Source of the DNA: Candidatus Woesearchaeota archaeon
GTDB taxonomy: Archaea > Nanobdellota > Nanobdellia > CAZGMV01
Direction: 5' to 3'
DNA length: 38,867 nucleotides
Assembly: GCA_964526875.1 (NCBI GenBank)
Contig: CAZGMV010000001.1
Span: 1-38,867 of the forward strand
Numbering within the stretch: the first letter of the stretch is position 1; the number at the start of each line of letters is the position of its first letter. This document shows, in pieces, positions 31,963-38,867 of the stretch. The position numbers and the translations under genes are program-made. The notes beneath the pieces are model-generated. The model saw nothing but the letters and a program-made list of their open reading frames with translations, was not told the DNA's origin and did not search any database.

Positions 31963-33837
31963 TTAATGTTGAGGTCTTTGACTTAATAAATAAGGCATCC
32001 TCAAAAACATTTTTGGATAGCCTTTTGTTTTTTCTTTAATTAATTTAATTAGCTCTTCAACTTTCATTTTTTTCTCTTTCTCCTCTTCTCTATCTCTTAC
32101 TGTCAAAACATTTTCTTTAATTTCTTTATCACCAACAATTACAATATAATTAACCCATTCTTTCTCGGCTTCAGCAATTTTCTTACCAATTCTTTCATCC
32201 CTGTCATCCAAATCAACCCTAATACCTTCAGCATTTATTTTATCAAATACTTCTTTTGCTTTTTCTAAATGTTTCTCACTTACAGGAATTACTCTAACTT
32301 GAATTGGAGCAATCCATAGAGGCAATACTGGTTTTTTCCCCTCTTTAATAAATCTTTCCAAAGCTTTATCAAAAATAGCATATAAAAATCTATCAACAGT
32401 TCCCAAAATTGCTGTATGTAAAATAGTAACACCTTTTTCTTTCCCATTTTCGTCTTTATAAGTAATTCCAAACCTTTCCCAATTTCCAATATCTATTTGA
32501 ACAGTACCTATTTCCCTTACCTTATTTTTATTATCAATAATGTTATATTCAATATTAATTGTCCAATATCTTTTATCTTCTTTTGGATAAATATAAACTA
32601 AAATAGGTCTATTAACTGATTTGGCAATTGTTTTTAAATAATCCCTATACTTTCCAAAAACTTCTTCGTTTGTTACATTAATTAACAACCAATACTTTTT
32701 TCCAATTTTATTCTCCATTTCGTCCATAATTATTTCATGGATTTTTAACATATATTCTTTTCCTTCTTCCTCATTTTTACAAAATATGTGCCAATCAGGC
32801 ATTGTAAGTTTTCTTAGTCTAAAAAGTAATTCAACCTCTCCTCTCTGCTCATACCTATAAGAATCAGCAATTTCCAACATCCCAAAAGGCAGATGTTTAT
32901 AACTAAAATTCCAGTCTTTAACCATCGCAAACTGTTGGAAACATGCAGCATATCTTAAAACATATTCTCTTTTATCAGTTTCAACTTTATACATTCTTTC
33001 CCCAAATAATTGAGCATGTGTCTTAATCGCAGGGTGGTCTAAAGAGAACATATTTGTACCTTTAATCTCAAAGACATTAATTCCCTTTTTAGAACCTTCT
33101 TTAAATACTTGTTGCCTTACATAATCGCTTGCTAAATCGTACATCATTGCAGCTTTTGGGCCTAATCTCATATGTCCACTATCACTTAAAGGCTCCCATT
33201 CAAAACCAAATTTATTGAATATGGAGTTATAATCAACATTAATTTTTATACTAGTATCTTTTTTCAATACTTCCTTTTCAATTAAAGTTTTTAGTTCTTT
33301 ACTAAATTTACCTTCTTCAACTAGCTTTAAAGCTTCCTCAACACTTAACTCTTCCCCTTTTTCAGTAATTACTAAAAATCTTCCCTCTTCTTTTTTTACG
33401 TTTTCTTTTTCTGTTTTTTTCCCTTTTACATATTCTTCATTAATAGTTTTACTTAATTCACTTAAAGGGTGTCCTTTGACTTTAACCTCAAACTGCTTAT
33501 ACCATCCAAAAGGAGCTTTTTTAACAAAATTAACATTATCCAATAACCTTAAATAAATTCTATTTAACAATTCTCTAGCTTTGTTAGGGCTTTCCAGATT
33601 ACTGCTTAAGTGTGCATAAGGATATAAAACAATTGACTTGGCCCCAACTTTTCTATAAACTTCTAAGATCTCATCAACAATAAAGTCTAAATATTTTTCA
33701 TCCCCTTTCTCAATAGAAATCAACACAACTAAAGGTTCATTTAATTCTTCAATCTCTATTTTCTCATCTTTCTCTTTTAGAGCTTCTTTTAATGGTTTAA
33801 CTTTTATATAATCAGCATGCCAAAACAAAAGTTTCAT
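31963..33837 (-). CDS. thrS: Threonyl-tRNA synthetase, archaeal type with N-terminal editing domain
   Basis: MKLLFWHADYIKVKP editing-domain start (ATG 33837; the track extends to 33852). Class II core HMRLGPKAAMMYD, RYAACFQQF, and a C-terminal anticodon-binding domain. Confidence 0.95.
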   Translation of the reverse strand: MKLLFWHADYIKVKPLKEALKEKDEKIEIEELNEPLVVLISIEKGDEKYLDFIVDEILEVYRKVGAKSIVLYPYAHLSSNLESPNKARELLNRIYLRLLDNVNFVKKAPFGWYKQFEVKVKGHPLSELSKTINEEYVKGKKTEKENVKKEEGRFLVITEKGEELSVEEALKLVEEGKFSKELKTLIEKEVLKKDTSIKINVDYNSIFNKFGFEWEPLSDSGHMRLGPKAAMMYDLASDYVRQQVFKEGSKKGINVFEIKGTNMFSLDHPAIKTHAQLFGERMYKVETDKREYVLRYAACFQQFAMVKDWNFSYKHLPFGMLEIADSYRYEQRGEVELLFRLRKLTMPDWHIFCKNEEEGKEYMLKIHEIIMDEMENKIGKKYWLLINVTNEEVFGKYRDYLKTIAKSVNRPILVYIYPKEDKRYWTINIEYNIIDNKNKVREIGTVQIDIGNWERFGITYKDENGKEKGVTILHTAILGTVDRFLYAIFDKALERFIKEGKKPVLPLWIAPIQVRVIPVSEKHLEKAKEVFDKINAEGIRVDLDDRDERIGKKIAEAEKEWVNYIVIVGDKEIKENVLTVRDREEEKEKKMKVEELIKLIKEKTKGYPKMFLRMPYLLSQRPQH

Positions 33838-33857
33838 AAAGCAAAAAAACAAAAATT

Positions 33858-33865
33858 TTTATAAA
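33858..33865. promoter_or_regulatory. Shared palindromic TATA box TTTATAAA for thrS (33837, -) and 33887 (+)
   Basis: The centre is 24.5 and 25.5 nt from the two start codons in a 49-nt spacer. Confidence 0.55.
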
Positions 33866-33886
33866 AGTATTTAGTTTTTTTATTAT

Positions 33887-34303
33887 GTGATTAAAAAGAA
33901 ATCTCTTTTAGATTTACTAAACTTCTTCCTTTTAATGACTTTTTCTTTGATTTTACTAACAATTTCATGGATTTTAATAAATGATAATGAAAAAAACCTG
34001 GAAAAATTAAAAGAAAAACACTTATTTTTTATATTAAATGAAAAAGCTAAAGTTTTAATCTTAAATCCAAAAAGTTTGGAATTTATTGATTTATTGTGTA
34101 ATTCACCTTTTGAAAGGAAAGAAAAAGAATATTACTTAAAATATTTAAAAGAGTACCTAGAAGATTTTAATCTTGAAATAAAAATAGTTTGCTTAAATAA
34201 AGAAACCTATAAAATAAGAAATAATTGTGAAAAGAAAGTAAAAAATGAAATTATTGAATTCCCAGACTATGAAATAAAACTTACTATTTGTGATTTAGAT
34301 TAA
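33887..34303 (+). CDS. Hypothetical protein with N-terminal membrane anchor
   Basis: 138-aa ORF with a GTG start and one N-terminal hydrophobic helix. Confidence 0.35.
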   Translation: MIKKKSLLDLLNFFLLMTFSLILLTISWILINDNEKNLEKLKEKHLFFILNEKAKVLILNPKSLEFIDLLCNSPFERKEKEYYLKYLKEYLEDFNLEIKIVCLNKETYKIRNNCEKKVKNEIIEFPDYEIKLTICDLD

Positions 34304-34931
34304 AAATCACAAAATCTTTATCATTTAAATATTTCTGTTTTAATAAAAATAATAAATTACTACCTACTGCTTTTTTTGCTTCTAAAGGATTTAAACCCAA
34401 TAATTGGCCAAAAGCTCTTCTATCAAAAGGATCTAAAGAGAATTTATTTTCATTTAAACTGCAAATAATTGGTAAAAATTGAGATTTTTTCTTCTTCACT
34501 ATTTTAATATTTTGTCTAAATCTTCCAAGAATTTGTTGTTTATAAATAAATTCGTTTTTTTCAGTAATATTTTTAAAAAAAGACAATGGAAAAAGCAAAC
34601 CTTTTTTTTGTTTTGGTAAATAAGCCAAAGAAGTGTTAAACAAAGAATTTCTAAATTCCATTTTATCTTCTTTTTCTCTAAAATCTAAAAGAAATAAATC
34701 AAATCTTTCAATATTCTCCTTGAACTCTAAAATTTCTCTAAAAATTCCCAACGACAAATATTTACTTGAAGGCTTTAAAGAAATATATACTTCTAAAAAA
34801 TTATCTTTTATTTTTGGTTTTTTTAATTCTTCCTTATCTTTGCAAAGAAAAAAAACACCAGAATAATTATTTTCTTTTAGTTTTCTTATTTGCTTGTTTC
34901 TATTTTCTAAAAAAATCAAGTCAAAATACAT
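34284..34931 (-). CDS. rnp3: RNase P protein component 3 (Rpp30)
   Basis: The MYFDLIF start and the C-terminal GRFRQNIKIVKKKK..LPIICSLNENKFSLDPFDRRAFGQLLGL fit my recollection of the Rpp30 TIM-barrel pattern (R.N..l..K....vi.S.A...lR.P.d...lG). Confidence 0.5.
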   Translation of the reverse strand: MYFDLIFLENRNKQIRKLKENNYSGVFFLCKDKEELKKPKIKDNFLEVYISLKPSSKYLSLGIFREILEFKENIERFDLFLLDFREKEDKMEFRNSLFNTSLAYLPKQKKGLLFPLSFFKNITEKNEFIYKQQILGRFRQNIKIVKKKKSQFLPIICSLNENKFSLDPFDRRAFGQLLGLNPLEAKKAVGSNLLFLLKQKYLNDKDFVIFNLNHK

Positions 34932-34932
34932 T

Positions 34933-35376
34933 TTACTTTTTATTTTTAACTATTTCATTAGCAATTTTGTCTAAAAAACTCCTTCCTTCATCTGTAACAA
35001 CTCTTCCTTTATAAGTAACATTACCTTTTTTAATCTCAACTTGTTTAACTAAACCTGCTTTTTCTAATTGTTGTAAGATAGTTCTAATAATTTTTCCGCT
35101 TGCTTTATAATGTCTTTCAGGAGCATGTCCTTTATTTTTCCTATTACCATACCTTGTCCTTAACCTAGACACACCAACAGGTCCATTAATATAAACCTGC
35201 CTTAAAATAGCAGCAGCTCTAATTTGCCACCAATTATCTTGCTCAGGAGGTCTTTCTCTTCCACTACCTGTTTTAACAAATTTTGCCCACTCAGGCATCT
35301 CTATTCCTCTTTCTTTCAATTTTTCAGCAGCTTTTTCAATTAATTCGTAAGGATAAACATCATATACTGTAACCAT
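34933..35376 (-). CDS. rps19e: 30S ribosomal protein S19e
   Basis: [19 protein letters not shown]...[17 protein letters not shown]...[14 protein letters not shown]...[10 protein letters not shown]. Confidence 0.95.
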   Translation of the reverse strand: MVTVYDVYPYELIEKAAEKLKERGIEMPEWAKFVKTGSGRERPPEQDNWWQIRAAAILRQVYINGPVGVSRLRTRYGNRKNKGHAPERHYKASGKIIRTILQQLEKAGLVKQVEIKKGNVTYKGRVVTDEGRSFLDKIANEIVKNKK

Positions 35377-35396
35377 AAAGAAGGTTATAGAAAAAA

Positions 35397-35404
35397 TTTA
35401 TAAA
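35397..35404. promoter_or_regulatory. TATA box TTTATAAA between rps19e and tRNA-Trp
   Basis: The centre is 24.5 nt from the rps19e ATG (35376) and about 37 nt from the tRNA-Trp 5' end. Confidence 0.5.
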
Positions 35405-35437
35405 GGTTCCTATAGTTTATTAAGAAATACTGAAAAA

Positions 35438-35509
35438 GGGGGAGTAGTTTAGCTGGCAGAACATGGGACTCCAGATCCCAAGACCAGGGTTCAAATCCCT
35501 GCTCCCCCA
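35438..35509 (+). tRNA. tRNA-Trp (anticodon CCA)
   Basis: Acceptor GGGGGAG/CTCCCCC, D arm GTTT-AGCTGGCA-GAAC, anticodon arm TGGGA-CTCCAGA-TCCCA, T arm CAGGG-TTCAAAT-CCCTG, discriminator A. No intron and no encoded CCA. Confidence 0.92.
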
Positions 35510-35581
35510 TTTAGAAATTATAAATTCTTTAATCTTTTTTGGTACAAAATATAAAAAGTAATAAAGACTAAATTACCAAAA

Positions 35582-35995
35582 TCAAATTTTTTTTCCTTTT
35601 AAATTTTCTTCCCAAGTTAAAATTGAATGTGTATATTCATTTTCATCTTTAATACCTCTTTTTAATTCTGTTATATGTGCTTCTTTAGCTTTTATTTCTT
35701 TCAAAATAAAGTCCACAGCTTTTTCTGGTTCTGCTTTAGTTCCACATGTATAAACATCAATTGCAGCGTATCCCTCTTCTGGCCAAGTATGTATAGAAAT
35801 ATGACTTTCAGCTACAACGACAAATCCACTAACACCTTCTGGATTAAATCTAAAAAAATATACACTTTTAATATCCATCTTACTTATTTTAGCAGAATTT
35901 ATTAAAATTTCCTTTAATTTTTCTAAATTTGTTAAGATTTCTTTATCACAACCAGAAGCTTCAATAATATAATGAAAGCCTATTGTTTTTCCCAT
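35582..35995 (-). CDS. speH: S-adenosylmethionine decarboxylase proenzyme (pyruvoyl, class 1)
   Basis: GFVVVAESHISIHTWPEEGYAAIDVYTCG contains the E-S self-cleavage site. ATG at 35995 (the track starts at TTG 36001). Confidence 0.9.
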   Translation of the reverse strand: MGKTIGFHYIIEASGCDKEILTNLEKLKEILINSAKISKMDIKSVYFFRFNPEGVSGFVVVAESHISIHTWPEEGYAAIDVYTCGTKAEPEKAVDFILKEIKAKEAHITELKRGIKDENEYTHSILTWEENLKGKKI

Positions 35996-36052
35996 AATCA
36001 AAAGTAAATATAAATGATTTATAAATAAGAATTTCCTTCTTTCAGTGGTAAA

Positions 36053-36526
36053 TTATCCTACAAAATTATTAAAATCTTCTTTTTTTATTTTTCTTTCTTT
36101 ACTAATAGTTTTTTCAATAAGATTCAACATTTCTCTTATTTTTTTTTCAAGTTTTTCATCTCTTTTTTCAGCAAATACAAATTTCAATTTATTCAGCAAT
36201 AAAAATAATTTTTCTTTATTTATTTTTAAAACGACATATCTAAACATTGAATTTTTAAGTTTAAACCATATAGTTTCTGTATTCTTGTCATCTTCTAAAT
36301 AATAAAGATCTCTAATTCCAAAATTGGAAAAAATAGCTACTTTTCTTGTTTTATTTTCATAGTAAAATTCTTTTTTTATATAATCTTTCTTTAATTCAAA
36401 ACCTAAACCTACATCTACAATTTGATTTATAGGTATTTCTATTCTCTGAGCAATTTTAATTAAGAAATGGTTAATTAATCCCTGAAAAATTATTGATTCT
36501 TTCACTTCATCATAATAGATCTCCAC
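36053..36526 (-). CDS. Hypothetical protein
   Basis: 157-aa ORF with a promoter-like TTTATAAA upstream and no recognisable domain. Confidence 0.35.
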   Translation of the reverse strand: MEIYYDEVKESIIFQGLINHFLIKIAQRIEIPINQIVDVGLGFELKKDYIKKEFYYENKTRKVAIFSNFGIRDLYYLEDDKNTETIWFKLKNSMFRYVVLKINKEKLFLLLNKLKFVFAEKRDEKLEKKIREMLNLIEKTISKERKIKKEDFNNFVG

Positions 36527-36548
36527 TACTATATAATTAATAAAAATA

Positions 36549-36556
36549 TTTATAAA
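36549..36556. promoter_or_regulatory. Shared TATA box TTTATAAA for 36526(-) and 36582(+)
   Basis: The centre is 26.5 and 29.5 nt from the two start codons in a 55-nt spacer. Confidence 0.5.
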
Positions 36557-36581
36557 ATTAATTTTTCACAAAGTCAAAAAA

Positions 36582-37646
36582 ATGAATGATAATAAGGAAT
36601 TTTTTATAAGTTTCTTAAAAAAAATAGAAAAAAATGTTCCTTTAGATGCTTATGTAAGCTATTTTGCTAAAAAAATTAAAAATAAAGAGGAAAGGTTGTT
36701 TAAAGTGATTATCTCAACAATACTTTCAGCAAGAACAAAAGATGAAACAACAGCTAAAGTTTCTGAAAGATTATTTAAAAAAGTTAAAAATTGGAAAGAT
36801 TTAGAAAAAATTTCTTTAGAAGAGATAGAAAAATTAATTTACGGAGTTGGATTTTACAAAAATAAAGCAAAACAACTAAAAAAATTAGCTGAAAAAGTTA
36901 AAGAATTAAATTATAAAATTCCTGACACTTTAGAAGGTTTAACTAAACTACCTGGAATTGGAACAAAAACGGCAAATATTATTCTAGCAGAAGGTTTTGA
37001 AAAAGAAGGTTTAGCAGTAGATACACATGTTCATAGAATTGTTAATAGGTTAGGAATAATCAGCACTTCAACTCCTGAAGAAAGTGAAAAAGAATTAAAA
37101 AAGTTAATTGATAAAAGTAATTGGAGAAAAGTTAATGCTTTATTAGTTTCATTCGGAAGGCAAATTTGTAACGTAAAACCAAAATGTGAAATTTGTTTTT
37201 TTAAAGGAGAATGTCCTTATTATAAAAAAATAATGGGAATTAATAAAATTCTAAAAAATTATAACTTTAAAAAAATTAAAAAGAAAGAAATTAGCAACTT
37301 AAATTATCCAGGAACTTATGTTTTAAAAATTTATTTAAAAGAAAATAGTAAAATAAAAAATTGGAAGTTAAAAAAGGGTTTTTATTTTTATATAGGTTCT
37401 GCAAGAATGAAAAACGGATTAAAAAATAGAATTTCTCACCATTTAAAAGAAAAAGAAAGACTACATTGGCATATAGATTACTTAACAAACAATAAAAATT
37501 CGCAAATTAAAGAAATTTTTATTAGCGAAAGATTTGTTGAAAAAGAAGTAGCTAAAGAATTTTTAGAAATTTTAAAATATATAAAAAATTTTGGAAATAG
37601 TGATGATAAAAAGAACAAAAGCCATTTATTTTATTTAGAACCTTAA
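36582..37646 (+). CDS. nth: Endonuclease III (HhH-GPD, Fe-S) fused to a C-terminal DUF123 / GIY-YIG-like domain
   Basis: The Nth part has ILSARTKDE, LPGIGTKTANIIL, AVDTHVHRI and a Cys cluster CNVKPKCEICFFKGEC. The C-terminal part has GTYVLKIYL, GFYFYIGSA, NRISHHLKEKERLHWHIDYL and NFGNSDDKKNKSHLFYL, which match the DUF123 pattern. Confidence 0.8.
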   Translation: MNDNKEFFISFLKKIEKNVPLDAYVSYFAKKIKNKEERLFKVIISTILSARTKDETTAKVSERLFKKVKNWKDLEKISLEEIEKLIYGVGFYKNKAKQLKKLAEKVKELNYKIPDTLEGLTKLPGIGTKTANIILAEGFEKEGLAVDTHVHRIVNRLGIISTSTPEESEKELKKLIDKSNWRKVNALLVSFGRQICNVKPKCEICFFKGECPYYKKIMGINKILKNYNFKKIKKKEISNLNYPGTYVLKIYLKENSKIKNWKLKKGFYFYIGSARMKNGLKNRISHHLKEKERLHWHIDYLTNNKNSQIKEIFISERFVEKEVAKEFLEILKYIKNFGNSDDKKNKSHLFYLEP

Positions 37647-37671
37647 TTCCCTAAAAAAGAAAAAATAGAAA

Positions 37672-38163
37672 TTACTCTTTTTCTTCTTCTAATTCACTTA
37701 GTTCTTTAATAAATTTAATTTCCATCTCATCTAATTTAATTAACAACTCAACAATTCTAATTTGTAGCCAGATTTTTACTGTTAAATAGAAGAACAACAT
37801 TATTGTTATTCCAAAGAAAGTGAAATTTAAGCCAATAGTAAAAGGTTTTGTTATTGGATTATTGTTTAAAGTTAAAACAGCAATTAAACTAATTAAAGCA
37901 AAATTTATGTAAAATAAACTTAACGAATAATTTAATTTCGTTAATTCATCTAATTTATAATGAACAAAAGTTTTAATTTTTTCTTCTTTAAAAATTGTTT
38001 CTAATAATTTCTCTTTTTTAATTCTCCTTTTTGCCTTTTTTAAATCACCATTAACAACTTCCTTTAAAAAATTGTAGATAAACCAATATCTCATTAAGAA
38101 AGGTGTTAAGATAATTAATGAAAAAATAACTCCTACAATGAAAAAGAAGTTGCTTTGTTCCAT
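37672..38163 (-). CDS. Hypothetical membrane protein
   Basis: 163 aa with three hydrophobic helices. The TTTATAAA at 38184-38191 is centred 24.5 nt from the start. Confidence 0.35.
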   Translation of the reverse strand: MEQSNFFFIVGVIFSLIILTPFLMRYWFIYNFLKEVVNGDLKKAKRRIKKEKLLETIFKEEKIKTFVHYKLDELTKLNYSLSLFYINFALISLIAVLTLNNNPITKPFTIGLNFTFFGITIMLFFYLTVKIWLQIRIVELLIKLDEMEIKFIKELSELEEEKE

Positions 38164-38183
38164 TCTTTAGTTCTTCCTTAATC

Positions 38184-38191
38184 TTTATAAA
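38184..38191 (-). promoter_or_regulatory. TATA box TTTATAAA for 38163(-)
   Basis: The centre is 24.5 nt from the start codon. Confidence 0.5.
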
Positions 38192-38222
38192 TTTTTTTTA
38201 TTTTTTAGATAAACAGTTAAAA

Positions 38223-38230
38223 TTTATAAA
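38223..38230 (+). promoter_or_regulatory. TATA box TTTATAAA for the pilin-like gene 38251(+)
   Basis: The centre is 24.5 nt from ATG 38251. Confidence 0.5.
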
Positions 38231-38250
38231 TAGTTTGTGTTTTTTCTTTT

Positions 38251-38793
38251 ATGTCTTTTATGTCCCTATCTAGTTTACAAAGTAAAAGTATTAAAAAAAA
38301 GAAAAAAAAAGCAGTTTCTCCATTAATAGCTACTATTGTTCTAATTTCTTTTACAATTGCAATTGGAAGTTTAGTAATTAACTGGGGTAAGCAATTCATT
38401 ACAGCACAAACACAAGGTCTACAACAAGCAGGAGTTGAATGTCAGAAGGAAAATATGCAAATAGTAAGTGCTACTTGGGATAGAACAAACAATAAATTAA
38501 AATTCATAACAAAAAACATGGGGGAAATAGAATTTAAATTCAAGACAGTTAATGTTTACTTTGATGATGGGACCGTAACTACCTTACCTAGTGCAGGTAA
38601 TAGTATTAGTGACGGAACTAATAAATGTGGAGGTAATGGAAATAATGGAAAAGATTGTTCTGTAGCCGTTGGGGAAGTTAAAAATTGGAACGTAAAGTTA
38701 AATAATGATGCTAATAAGAAGATACAATACATAGAAATCCCTTCCTCCAAGTGTACACAAAACCTTTATTATTTCTACAATGTGCAACAATAA
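38251..38793 (+). CDS. Archaeal type IV pilin-like protein (canonical class III signal peptide)
   Basis: KKKKKKAVSPLIATIVLISFTIAIGSLVI matches the archaeal pilin/archaellin N-terminal consensus: basic run, A/G, then V/I-S-P-V/L-I-A-T-V-L-L-I. The globular C-terminal part has cysteines. Confidence 0.6.
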   Translation: MSFMSLSSLQSKSIKKKKKKAVSPLIATIVLISFTIAIGSLVINWGKQFITAQTQGLQQAGVECQKENMQIVSATWDRTNNKLKFITKNMGEIEFKFKTVNVYFDDGTVTTLPSAGNSISDGTNKCGGNGNNGKDCSVAVGEVKNWNVKLNNDANKKIQYIEIPSSKCTQNLYYFYNVQQ

Positions 38794-38867
38794 ATTTTTT
38801 CTTTTTATCTTTAATTTATAAAACTTACTGTTTTGTTTTTATAATGTTAAACAAAGTAAATGATTTC

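Noticed and set aside
38293-38310. A8-G-A9 homopolymer tracts in the signal-peptide region of the pilin gene, with similar T/A runs in other surface genes, as possible slipped-strand phase-variation switches.
   Set aside because: Runs of 7-9 A/T are common throughout this genome because lysine (AAA) runs are frequent even in housekeeping genes, for example T8 at 31062-31069 in rnp4 and T9 at 24727-24735. The tracts are not specific to surface genes. This would need read-level length polymorphism to be taken seriously.

Overview
This is a very AT-rich, tightly packed archaeal chromosome segment with about 60 genes in 38.9 kb. Many spacers are 0-55 nt and several convergent genes overlap at their stop codons. 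The recognisable genes are archaeal information-processing and housekeeping functions. They include aIF2-gamma, aIF1A, aIF1/SUI1, FEN1, archaeal-type ThrRS with an N-terminal editing domain, class I CCA-adding enzyme, RpoH, TFE, MBF1, Nob1, Rrp4 and the RNase P proteins Rpp21 and Rpp30. Also present are S19e, diphthine synthase, TIM, inorganic pyrophosphatase, SAM decarboxylase, an endonuclease III-DUF123 fusion, tRNA-Gly(UCC) and tRNA-Trp(CCA). The gene content, the small lysine-rich proteins and the compaction suggest a small-genome DPANN-type archaeon; this is inference only. Between the housekeeping genes sits an accessory layer. It has five proteins with class III (type IV pilin-like) signal peptides, one of them carrying a LamG lectin domain, plus a single-domain TadC/FlaJ-like platform protein. 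It also has a MIDAS-containing vWA protein and a divergent cluster of secreted and membrane proteins. The three observations I rate highest follow. (1) A 630-aa stand-alone protein (20881-22773) has two GGDEF/Cas10-like palm modules, one degenerate (GGKII) and one with an intact GLGDEF. (2) A canonical C/D box sRNA (7084-7136) has its 3' half duplicated as a 32-nt direct repeat, and the two copies bracket a 1.17-kb two-gene cassette encoding an AbiEii-like nucleotidyltransferase. (3) TTTATAAA TATA boxes are rigidly phased, centred about 24.5 nt from start codons and often shared by divergent gene pairs, which implies leaderless transcripts. No CRISPR array, transposase or integrase was seen.
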